A stretch of DNA of 64,000 bases from a virus. This document shows positions 25,610 to 34,470 of this stretch, piece by piece; the stretch's first letter is position 1; each line of letters starts with the position of its first letter. The translations under genes and the position numbers were made by a program. Location of the stretch: positions 1 through 64,000 of the IMG/VR virus record IMGVR_UViG_3300038299_000184; one strand, written 5' to 3'. Under the pieces are notes generated by a model that was given only the letters and a program-made list of their open reading frames with translations, made no database searches and had not been told where the DNA came from.

Positions 25610-26662
25610 ATGATCATATTCCCAGAAAGTTACATCGAAGAGAAGTTCTTCAAACATGTTGGTTACCCCCAGAGGCGAGCCAATGGTGATATGGTAGGAT
25701 GCTGCCCTGTATGTATGGAAGGTAAGTCTTGGGGTAAGAAGAGGCGTTTTAATTACTTTGCAGACAAACAGGCGTGGGTGTGCTTCAATTGCAGTGAGAC
25801 ATTCAATACTATTTCGTTCGTTAAAACTATGGAGGGTGTTACATTCGTTGACATGTTGAAGGAACTTGATGAAGATGACTACATCGATATGTCCAATGGG
25901 AGGGAGTACGTCCAACTAAAAGAAGAGAAGCTTGATATTGACAAGCCTGTTGATACAGTGGATTTGTTTGATGAAGGACAACGAGAGTTTTATCATGATA
26001 ACTTCTTTGTTAAGAAGGCATGGATCGAGATCAAGCGTAGAAGATTGGATAGGGCTGTGAACCGAGGCGGTTTATGGTTGTCACCCAAGCATTGGCTTCA
26101 TAAGAACAGAATTATTATACCCTTCTATGATAATGAACATAAATTGATTTTCTACCAGAGTAGAGCACAAACTGATAAACAAGCTGAGATGGGTAAATAT
26201 ATCTCAAGTATGAATGGTAGAAAGATTTTTTATGGGCTTGAGAGAATTGATTATAGTATACCCAACAGTTTCATGTTTGAAGGACCTCTTGACACCTTCT
26301 TTGTTAAGAACTCCTTTGGTGGGGGTGGTATCAAATTGAACACTGATCAAAAGGCAGTTCTAAAGGACTTGGAAATGTTCTCAGATGTTATATACTGCCT
26401 AGATAACGATTTCGATAATGAAGATGTTGTTGACATATACCGAACATATATATCAGAGGGTAGGAAAATGTTTATGTGGGGTGGTGACTTCGAGGAGGTT
26501 AAAGATATCAACCAGTACGCAATCGATAAGGGTGTAGACGAAATTACACATGCCCAATTGCTTGAACATGTGTATTCGGGGGAGGGGGCTGCTGATATGT
26601 TAGAAAGTAAGTTATCTAAAATCAAGAGTAATAGGCCGTTCAACGACCCGTTCGCTATTTAG
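25610..26662 (+). CDS. DNA primase (T4 gp61-like)
   Basis: CPVC...CFNC zinc ribbon, IIIPFY, EGPLD and DND TOPRIM motifs. Confidence 0.92.
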   Translation: MIIFPESYIEEKFFKHVGYPQRRANGDMVGCCPVCMEGKSWGKKRRFNYFADKQAWVCFNCSETFNTISFVKTMEGVTFVDMLKELDEDDYIDMSNGREYVQLKEEKLDIDKPVDTVDLFDEGQREFYHDNFFVKKAWIEIKRRRLDRAVNRGGLWLSPKHWLHKNRIIIPFYDNEHKLIFYQSRAQTDKQAEMGKYISSMNGRKIFYGLERIDYSIPNSFMFEGPLDTFFVKNSFGGGGIKLNTDQKAVLKDLEMFSDVIYCLDNDFDNEDVVDIYRTYISEGRKMFMWGGDFEEVKDINQYAIDKGVDEITHAQLLEHVYSGEGAADMLESKLSKIKSNRPFNDPFAI

Positions 26663-27107
26663 ATTTCAGTGAATCAACTCTCTTCTGAAGGGATTCTTCT
26701 GAAGATGCGATCTGGTCAAGAACAATCTTGACTTCCGCAAGTGCAAGTGATGCTTTCTGAATAGGACGTTGTAATTTCTGAATCAATCCATCACCTATAG
26801 AATCTGATCTATCGTGCTTGGAAAGTAGTGATGTAAGGTTACCATCTTTCTTAGGATCAACCAAGTCTTGAATCATGTCTTCGATCTTATCAACCTTGGC
26901 ATAAACCTCTGCGAAGTTGTCCTCAACCACTGCTGCTGGGTCGAAACCTAGGTCATCAGTTTCGAAGTCACTAGCGACACCATCGGTGTCTAGTCCCGCC
27001 TCAAAATCGGTGGCTTCGTTTTCTTCGGGGAAACTTCTATCTCTGAATACGTCTTCCTCTTCGTTGAGTAAGTGTTTTGTGAATAGATCTTTAATAATGT
27101 CACTCAT
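26655..27107 (-). CDS. hypothetical acidic protein (possible prohead core)
   Basis: TAATTA-N5-ATG; N-terminal LLNE. Confidence 0.6.
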   Translation of the reverse strand: MSDIIKDLFTKHLLNEEEDVFRDRSFPEENEATDFEAGLDTDGVASDFETDDLGFDPAAVVEDNFAEVYAKVDKIEDMIQDLVDPKKDGNLTSLLSKHDRSDSIGDGLIQKLQRPIQKASLALAEVKIVLDQIASSEESLQKRVDSLKSK

Positions 27108-27164
27108 GTTTTTAATTATGCATTTAACCATTGTAATATATAAAAAAACGAGATAATATAGTGT

Positions 27165-28088
27165 ATGGCAGAAAATACCAACAGTTCCGTAGGGACTGAA
27201 TACAAGACAGTACTTAGAGAGACAGCATTGGAGCTAGTAGATACACTATCCGAGGTTGTTAATGAACGAATTCGTGACGAGGAAGTAGATAGGCTAAAGC
27301 GAGAGGAAGTATTTACAGACATTTTAGGGTCTAAGGTGCTTGACGACAGGTTCAACTTTAAGAAGGTTCTAATTGTTGTGGCGACATTACAGAAGGAAAC
27401 TACATATATGCAGTCTACCGAGTATAAAGCAATTGAGAAGATTGTATTTGATAATACATATACTGACCACAGTGGTGTATGTAGCCGTGTTGAGGTTGAC
27501 ATTATTAGTAATAACACCACGGGTCTACCAGAAGTGTATAATCGTTACGTAACCCCTGCCTATAAAGACTATATAGTTTGCTTCGTCCATGATGATATCA
27601 CAATTTACGATAATCATCTATATGAGAAGCTCACAGAAGCTCACAAAAATTATGGAGTGGTGGGGATTGCAGGTGCTACTAAGGTCAATCTACCCTTCCG
27701 TATCGACCAACCAACTGCTTGGCATATGCTTTCTATTGAGACACACCCAGACGGTGCTATTCGCCACCAATCTGGATTCGTAGCACACGAGTCTAATGGT
27801 AGGAAGTGGTCAACACAATTTGGGGTGGTGCCCCAAGAGGTTAAACTCATTGATGGATTATTCATGTCCTTCGACATTTCGGAATGCCTTAAGAACGGCT
27901 TTACGTTCGACACCGACTTCGATTTCCATCACTATGACATTACAGCATCCCTTAGAGCTAGAGAGGTAGGTATGCAAATTACCACTACCGACATCTTCGT
28001 ATCCCACAAGGGTCTTGGGGTTATGGATGAATCATGGGGTAGAAGTCACAGAAAGTTTGTAGAAAAGTATAAGGATTTCGTGGGTTAG
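27165..28088 (+). CDS. GT2-like glycosyltransferase
   Basis: CFVHDD, GVVGIAG, IDGLFM, FDFHHYD. Confidence 0.8.
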   Translation: MAENTNSSVGTEYKTVLRETALELVDTLSEVVNERIRDEEVDRLKREEVFTDILGSKVLDDRFNFKKVLIVVATLQKETTYMQSTEYKAIEKIVFDNTYTDHSGVCSRVEVDIISNNTTGLPEVYNRYVTPAYKDYIVCFVHDDITIYDNHLYEKLTEAHKNYGVVGIAGATKVNLPFRIDQPTAWHMLSIETHPDGAIRHQSGFVAHESNGRKWSTQFGVVPQEVKLIDGLFMSFDISECLKNGFTFDTDFDFHHYDITASLRAREVGMQITTTDIFVSHKGLGVMDESWGRSHRKFVEKYKDFVG

Positions 28089-28110
28089 TATTTGACATAG
28101 CCAACCAGAG

Positions 28111-28512
28111 GTGTTAAGGTCGGTCATGAAGAACTTTTATAAAGCAACATTGGAGCATACACCATTGGTGTCATACAACGAGAATTACCCATTATTCCCT
28201 GTAATGTCGGTTTTGTCGTTTATGTCACCAACACATGCCCAAATTTATAACAACCTTGCGAATCACCAACATTGGTTCTCAAGTGATAATGGTGCCCAGT
28301 TAAGTATTATGCAGGTGTGTACACCAAAGACTAGGTTTAACTATAATACACTATTTAAGAATTATGTTAAGAAGCCCCCCAAGGTGAAGACCCCCGATAC
28401 ATCTAAGCCAGAGAATTGGTTGATGAAGGTGTATGACGTACCTAGAAGAGTTGCCAAGCAATATCTTTTAGTGGATGGTGTAATGGATGAAGTTCGCAGC
28501 CGAATTAAATAA
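28111..28512 (+). CDS. hypothetical protein (weakly clamp-loader small subunit-like)
   Basis: Size and C-terminal VY.V.RRVAKQYL pattern. Confidence 0.35.
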   Translation: MLRSVMKNFYKATLEHTPLVSYNENYPLFPVMSVLSFMSPTHAQIYNNLANHQHWFSSDNGAQLSIMQVCTPKTRFNYNTLFKNYVKKPPKVKTPDTSKPENWLMKVYDVPRRVAKQYLLVDGVMDEVRSRIK

Positions 28513-28520
28513 TTAGAAGT

Positions 28521-28913
28521 ATGGCTATATTCAGAAGTACCTTTCACAACATAATGCAGAACAATGTGGTTGAGTTCAAATGGATTAGGCGCATACCTAA
28601 AACTGGGGCAGCTATAACACGAAGGGCATTAGGTACAAATAGTCATACATTACTCAACTCCGAATTTGGGTTTAAAGTTTTAAATTTCAGACCCCCAACC
28701 CAACCCAACCCAATAGATCAAGTGTCCTATAACTTGGTTACATACTGGGACATATTTAGACAGGAATATAGAAACTCGTCGTGTGAATCTCTACACATGG
28801 TCAACATAATACCTGTGACAAACCCTACTGAAATTAATAAGTGGTGGATATACTTTAGGGACACCATTAGGGATATGACACCAGATCAAAAAATCCAATT
28901 CATGGATAAATAG
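28521..28913 (+). CDS. hypothetical protein (SH3/WYL-like)
   Basis: VVEFKW...RRALGT...YWD. Confidence 0.45.
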   Translation: MAIFRSTFHNIMQNNVVEFKWIRRIPKTGAAITRRALGTNSHTLLNSEFGFKVLNFRPPTQPNPIDQVSYNLVTYWDIFRQEYRNSSCESLHMVNIIPVTNPTEINKWWIYFRDTIRDMTPDQKIQFMDK

Positions 28914-28948
28914 GTTGACTATGGTAAACAGAGCCTGTATAAATAGGT

Positions 28949-29233
28949 ATGAAGTTTAGAAAGTTTCCTATAAAGACCAAGCTTGAACTCGGACAGACCG
29001 TTTATATAAAACGCAGCTACAACCGAATTGATGAATTTAAATTCATCCAAACAACTCGAAAGGGGTTTAATTTTCTATCTATGTCAACCCACAAGTGCCT
29101 GTCTAGAAATCACTTCTATGATACGAGGTATTCTAATAAGAAATTACCAAACCAGTCTTATTATATTGTTGGGGTACCTGTAGATATACATCAACAGATA
29201 TATCACTACACAAAAAAAGACCACCTAAAATAG
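28949..29233 (+). CDS. hypothetical basic protein
   Basis: ORF track. Confidence 0.55.
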   Translation: MKFRKFPIKTKLELGQTVYIKRSYNRIDEFKFIQTTRKGFNFLSMSTHKCLSRNHFYDTRYSNKKLPNQSYYIVGVPVDIHQQIYHYTKKDHLK

Positions 29234-29262
29234 ATGGTCTTTCAATATGGATTGAATTAAAA

Positions 29263-29880
29263 TTACTTAACAACTGGTTGGTCATTAACTGCAAGCTTGT
29301 TAGCCTGTTTTGAAGAACCTTTAGCAACATAACAAGCAAGAAGATTCTTAAGGAAAGAAACTTTACCTGTACGAGCTTCGTTCTTGTCAGTAGCTTGTCC
29401 AGTTTTAGATGCGGAAGTACCTGTTTTGTTAGACTGTTTTGGAGAACCTGTATTAGTGGTGTTACTCATCTGGTTCTTAGCGACAGTAAAATCAGCACCT
29501 TCCATAGGAAGTTCGTATTCCGAAGTATCTTCATCACCCATGGTGTCTTCCATGTATGCAAGGAGTTCTTTAAGAATTGCTTCTGGAACTGAAACCATCT
29601 TACCCTCATCATAACCGCCTTCACCTTCAACATTAACATCACCTTCAACACTAACATCGAGTTCGGCTTCTTCAGCAATGATTGAATTGAAAACTGCATC
29701 AAACTTGGCTCCTGCTAATGAATTGGACTGGGTAACTGGTGCCTCATCTTCAATAACAACTGTCTTTGGCGCTTCTGTACTCTCTTCAACCACTGTCTTT
29801 GGTGCTGACCGTGTAGTCATTGCACCGAATACGTCTGAAAGTTTGCCCTGTGTAGATTTCTCAAATATGCTCTCGCTCAT
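29263..29880 (-). CDS. hypothetical protein, possible head/core protein
   Basis: Glu-rich; multiple V/IxE sites; late-type start. Confidence 0.55.
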   Translation of the reverse strand: MSESIFEKSTQGKLSDVFGAMTTRSAPKTVVEESTEAPKTVVIEDEAPVTQSNSLAGAKFDAVFNSIIAEEAELDVSVEGDVNVEGEGGYDEGKMVSVPEAILKELLAYMEDTMGDEDTSEYELPMEGADFTVAKNQMSNTTNTGSPKQSNKTGTSASKTGQATDKNEARTGKVSFLKNLLACYVAKGSSKQANKLAVNDQPVVK

Positions 29881-29938
29881 ACTATTAATTAGTCAATTGG
29901 TAAAGTTTTTTAATATAAATCGAATAAAACTTTAAATA

Positions 29939-30280
29939 TTAAAGTTTATTGTCTTCGAGGAATTGACGAGCTTCGGCAGTTGCTTTAGCATGAGCGGTGT
30001 TGAAATCACCTTTCACATAGTGCTCCTCACCTTTCCAGTTACCGTAACTAGCTACGATTCTTGCGGAATCATTAATACCCTTGACTATTAATATCACAGG
30101 GAAAATGTCACCACGAGACCATGACTGGACACCCGCTTGACCAGCCTGTCTACGTTCAGTACGATCAGTGAGTTCAGTACGATCCTCATTAATACTCTTA
30201 GATGGTGTAGGTGTAGTCATTTCACAAAAAATACTGGAAAGTTTCTCTTGTGCCGATAGGCTGAATATATCTTCGCTCAT
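29939..30280 (-). CDS. hypothetical protein
   Basis: TAATTA-N5-ATG on the minus strand. Confidence 0.65.
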   Translation of the reverse strand: MSEDIFSLSAQEKLSSIFCEMTTPTPSKSINEDRTELTDRTERRQAGQAGVQSWSRGDIFPVILIVKGINDSARIVASYGNWKGEEHYVKGDFNTAHAKATAEARQFLEDNKL

Positions 30281-30359
30281 ATTAGTAATTATCAAACAGC
30301 GGTAAAATTTAATAGAAAACTCTTGAAATTACCATAAAAACATATATGATAGATACCAC

Positions 30360-31880
30360 ATGAGTAATATCTTAGACGAAATAATAGATAATGGGGGTAA
30401 GGTTAAAACCAAAGGTAGTCTACGACACCCTAAGAAACAATCAACAGATACCCTAATAGGTGGTCAAGTAGAGGCTTATAACAATCTGATCAGATTTACA
30501 TTATCTGGGCACAACATGTATTGTTTTGAGGGTGTGGCGGGTGCTGGTAAATCTTTTTGTATTAACATGTTTCTTGAGGAGATGATACACTCCCACTGTT
30601 CTATGATTTGTGCTTGTGCCCCCACTCATAAGGCTAAAGTTGTACTACAACAGATGGCAGAGTTTGAATCCGAGAACCTAGACTACAACACAATCCATAG
30701 CTTACTCGGTCTTAAACCTATTGTAACCGTTAAGGGCGAAGAGAAGTTCGTCAAGGATGCAACAAACAAGAACAAGGTTGGTGATTACGATTACATCATA
30801 ATTGACGAATCATCGATGCTTGATGATACCCTATTTGCATATCTTATAGAAGAACTGGACAACCACCCACACCTTAAAATTATTTTTGTGGGTGACCATA
30901 AACAACTACCACCAGTAAACCACGTTTCGTCAGCCCCTATGGATGCAGATCGACGAGAGAAACACGAGATCGGTCATTCATACCTTACCGAGATCGTTCG
31001 ACAGAAGGGTACAAATCCTATTATTACGTTATCAAAGGAAATTCGTGAAGGTAGGTTTGAACCTAAAAACGATATCAATGATGAAGGTTGTGGCATTGTA
31101 CTAGTACAGTCTAAGGATTATAAAAAAGTGTTGAAGAAGCTTTTCACTTCTGGGAAGTATGAAGATAACCCCAATTATTGCCGAGTAGTTGCATGGACTA
31201 ATGCATGTGTAACCGAGTTCAACCAAAATATTCGTAAGATGATTTACCAAGGTAAGATCAGGGATGATGTACTGAATCTTAGAAAACAAGGCAAGACGGA
31301 TGATGAAATTGCGAATGTTTTGATGGAGGTATACCCATTTTACAGAGATGGTAAAATGAATCTGCCTAAGTATGTTATAGGTGACAAACTAATCGCAGAC
31401 AAACCAATATTCCACCCCGAATGTGAGAAGACAATCGTGTTCCAAACCAATGAAGAATTGATCATCACAGACATTGTACTTGATTCACGCCTATCTCTAG
31501 GCCAGATGTACAAGTGTTATGTAGCCACTGTTAAGAACCTATACACAGGTAAGTACGAAGAAATCGAAATGATCCACGAGGAAAGCCAAATCGAGTTCGA
31601 GCGTGATCTGGATAAACTTAGAAAAAAGGCTCTTGGTGTTGATGCCAAGAATGGCAAGGAACGTGTAAGACGCTGGAGAATCTACTACACCCTAGAGAAG
31701 CGATTCGCTAGACTTAAGTACGCACCATGCCTCACAACCTACAAATCACAGGGTAGCACATATGAGAACATTATCATCATCGCCCCAGACATCTTAAAGA
31801 ACCGTAAGAATCGCGAGATGCTTCAACACCTATATGTTGGACTCACACGCGCATCCAAAAGAGCATTTATATTCATTTAG
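30360..31880 (+). CDS. dda: SF1B DNA helicase (Dda/RecD-like)
   Basis: GVAGAGKS, APTHKA, IIDESSM, GDHKQLPPV, KSQGSTY, YVGLTRA. Confidence 0.9.
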   Translation: MSNILDEIIDNGGKVKTKGSLRHPKKQSTDTLIGGQVEAYNNLIRFTLSGHNMYCFEGVAGAGKSFCINMFLEEMIHSHCSMICACAPTHKAKVVLQQMAEFESENLDYNTIHSLLGLKPIVTVKGEEKFVKDATNKNKVGDYDYIIIDESSMLDDTLFAYLIEELDNHPHLKIIFVGDHKQLPPVNHVSSAPMDADRREKHEIGHSYLTEIVRQKGTNPIITLSKEIREGRFEPKNDINDEGCGIVLVQSKDYKKVLKKLFTSGKYEDNPNYCRVVAWTNACVTEFNQNIRKMIYQGKIRDDVLNLRKQGKTDDEIANVLMEVYPFYRDGKMNLPKYVIGDKLIADKPIFHPECEKTIVFQTNEELIITDIVLDSRLSLGQMYKCYVATVKNLYTGKYEEIEMIHEESQIEFERDLDKLRKKALGVDAKNGKERVRRWRIYYTLEKRFARLKYAPCLTTYKSQGSTYENIIIIAPDILKNRKNREMLQHLYVGLTRASKRAFIFI

Positions 31881-32004
31881 GTTTGATATCTATGACGTGG
31901 ACGATGAATAACATTTACATTAATTTTCTTGACGATGGGTGGATATCTGATATTGTTCTTGAACAAGAAGACACAAACAACTAATCTTCTAACAAACACA
32001 TAAT

Positions 32005-32808
32005 ATGTTCAAACGACTAATTACAATCATCAAAGGTCTATTACTAGGTCTCCTCGGTAAAGCTGAAGCGATAAACCCTAAAGCACTTCTAGAAGTGGAG
32101 GAGGAGAAACTTCGTGACACCATCCAAAAATTCAACGATCAAATCGCCTCCCATAAGGGTAAGGTCATTCAAGCTGAAGGTAAATTGGATACACTCAAGA
32201 AGAGTGCTGCGGGTCTTGATAGTAAAATCAAGACATTCATAAAGATGAAAAAGATGGATCTTGCGGGTGGGTGTGTTTCGAAACTTAAAATCGTCAATAA
32301 ATCCATTGTGGATCTTGAGGAGTTTATCGAAACCGCTGATGATATCTATGAAAATCTTCTAGCCGAACGTAAATTTGGTGTGGAGACAGCAAGGACTAAC
32401 CTCTATGAAATCGGTAAGAGCATTGATGAAGCAGAACTCCATGAGAGTATGGCCGAGATCAAAGAGATGTCAGCAGGTTTCACTGATCAGTTGAGTAACT
32501 CTGGATTAAGTCGCCTCAAGGAACAAGTTGAAGAAACGGCTGCATTGGCTAAAGGACGAGTGGAGGTAGCCACTGACTTGGCTGAATCCGAAGACCTTAC
32601 AACTTCTAGGGAATTCTGTGAAGCACAGGCTAGTAACGATCTAGCAGCCTACATGGCTGAACAGGGTATTGAAGCACCTACTCCAGTAACAACCCCTGTA
32701 GAAACTCTGGTAGAATCACTAACAGTACCTACAGCCCCTGTTAGTACGATGGGTCCTGATACATCATCCGATTCCAGTTACTCCCGTAGTGATACATCAA
32801 CTGACTAA
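32005..32808 (+). CDS. PspA/IM30-family protein
   Basis: MFKRL..IIKG amphipathic start, NPKALL, long coiled coil. Confidence 0.7.
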   Translation: MFKRLITIIKGLLLGLLGKAEAINPKALLEVEEEKLRDTIQKFNDQIASHKGKVIQAEGKLDTLKKSAAGLDSKIKTFIKMKKMDLAGGCVSKLKIVNKSIVDLEEFIETADDIYENLLAERKFGVETARTNLYEIGKSIDEAELHESMAEIKEMSAGFTDQLSNSGLSRLKEQVEETAALAKGRVEVATDLAESEDLTTSREFCEAQASNDLAAYMAEQGIEAPTPVTTPVETLVESLTVPTAPVSTMGPDTSSDSSYSRSDTSTD

Positions 32809-32821
32809 TAGTCTTAATTTT

Positions 32822-32854
32822 AAAAGGGTGTCGTAGAAATACGACACCCTTTTT
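32822..32854 (+). terminator. intrinsic terminator
   Basis: AAAAGGGTGTCGTA-GAAA-TACGACACCCTTTT. Confidence 0.85.
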
Positions 32855-32891
32855 GTTTGACAAATTCCATAAGTGGTCTAGAATATGGGTC

Positions 32892-33863
32892 ATGATAGAT
32901 ATACAATCAATCCGTGGGTTAGTACCACCAAATAAGAAGATCCGTTTTGTGGGTCTAGGCTGTGGTATGTACATTCCTCAGCTACTAATGGGGGCAGGTA
33001 GTTCAAGATGGCTACACTCTATCACCATCCCATACGCCAAGGAAGCCACTGAGGAACTATGCACCAAGAACGACTCTAAATTTGTATCTAAAGATCGCCT
33101 AGAGGATCTTATGGATAGCTTACCAGTGGTGGGTCACGATATCATAACAATCGCTGTAACTGCAAGTCTAGCCTTTGAAGGACAGCGCGAGGGTAGGATT
33201 AATAAATTCCTTATGCTTATTGAACATAATGGTGAAAGATTTTTTAAGGATATTGAGTTCTCTGGTATAAGGAGATTTACCAACACCAGAAAATTACAGG
33301 AGAAATCAATATGTCAATCAATCACAACATACTTTAGAGATAAGAGATCTGTCATTTATGCAGGAAGCTTCAACCCTATGCATGACGGACATGTTGAAAT
33401 ATGTCAACACATAAGAGACGCTAACATTACCTCACACCCTTTTGTGGTTCAACTAAGTTCAACACACCCAGAAAAGGGTACCACCCCACAAGAAGAACTG
33501 GATATTAGGGTTGCTGATGTTAGATCAAATTTTTATCGTGTATGTCTTGATTATTACGATATTGAAATTGTTGAAGCCCCTTACTATGCAAGCAAGTATG
33601 CATTATGGAAAGAGAGTTCATCACCAACAGAGTTTCTAACACTAGTGGTCGGGCATGATGTATGGGATCGTTATAAAAAGGGGTTCATTAAAAAACTTGG
33701 GGATAAGGATGATGTAGAATTTCTAGTAGTTGATCGTGGGAATAAAACACCATTTAATGATTCAGATCTTCTTGACATTATGAACCCACTGTCATACGCT
33801 CATGAAATGAAGAACGCGCACTTGAGTTCTACACAAATCAGAAACCAAACTAAATCAGAATGA
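32892..33863 (+). CDS. CinA-like domain fused to NMN adenylyltransferase (HxGH nucleotidyltransferase)
   Basis: GAGSSR...IPYA N-domain; YAGSFNPMHDGH and LSSTQIR. Confidence 0.75.
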   Translation: MIDIQSIRGLVPPNKKIRFVGLGCGMYIPQLLMGAGSSRWLHSITIPYAKEATEELCTKNDSKFVSKDRLEDLMDSLPVVGHDIITIAVTASLAFEGQREGRINKFLMLIEHNGERFFKDIEFSGIRRFTNTRKLQEKSICQSITTYFRDKRSVIYAGSFNPMHDGHVEICQHIRDANITSHPFVVQLSSTHPEKGTTPQEELDIRVADVRSNFYRVCLDYYDIEIVEAPYYASKYALWKESSSPTEFLTLVVGHDVWDRYKKGFIKKLGDKDDVEFLVVDRGNKTPFNDSDLLDIMNPLSYAHEMKNAHLSSTQIRNQTKSE

Positions 33864-34411
33864 GCGATATTGAAAACTACCCAGCAGAGGTAACCCAAGG
33901 ACCTACATTTAACAACGTACCAAATAAATCATACCAAACCACTTGTGGTAAGACCATCTGGGCATCACGTTCAGTATGTGTGTGTATCAAAGTAGTTCTT
34001 CGGGATGATGTTGGTACACCATACGTTCTTATCACAAAACGTGGTAAAGCTGTTTCCAATGAAGGTAGGTGGTGTCTCCCTTGTGGTTACATCGATTTTA
34101 ATGAAACTATCATTGAAGCGGCACAGCGCGAACTCTATGAGGAGACTGGTATCTATGTACCAACCTCGGAACTCAAAGAGTATGAAGTAATGGATACCCC
34201 TTCAAGGGATTCCCTACAGAATGTCACACACCACTTCTTGTTAGATCTCACAGTACCCGACCCAGAAGGTGTACTCCGTGGTGTTAATAAATTCATCGAA
34301 GAGGGTAAGACTAACGATGAGTCCACAGAGGCAGCTTTAGTTACTAAGCTTAATTATAAAGATTATGTTTATGCCTTCAACCACTCACAACGAGTTACCC
34401 CTACAGATTAA
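33860..34411 (+). CDS. Nudix hydrolase
   Basis: GYIDFNETIIEAAQRELYEETG Nudix box. Confidence 0.92.
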   Translation: MSDIENYPAEVTQGPTFNNVPNKSYQTTCGKTIWASRSVCVCIKVVLRDDVGTPYVLITKRGKAVSNEGRWCLPCGYIDFNETIIEAAQRELYEETGIYVPTSELKEYEVMDTPSRDSLQNVTHHFLLDLTVPDPEGVLRGVNKFIEEGKTNDESTEAALVTKLNYKDYVYAFNHSQRVTPTD

Positions 34412-34424
34412 AGTGTAAGTTTAT

Positions 34425-34458
34425 AAAAAAGGGACACCACAGTGGTGTCCCTTTTTTT
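34425..34458. terminator. bidirectional terminator
   Basis: AAAAAAGGGACACCAC-A-GTGGTGTCCCTTTTTTT between convergent genes. Confidence 0.85.
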
Positions 34459-34470
34459 GTGTAATTATTT

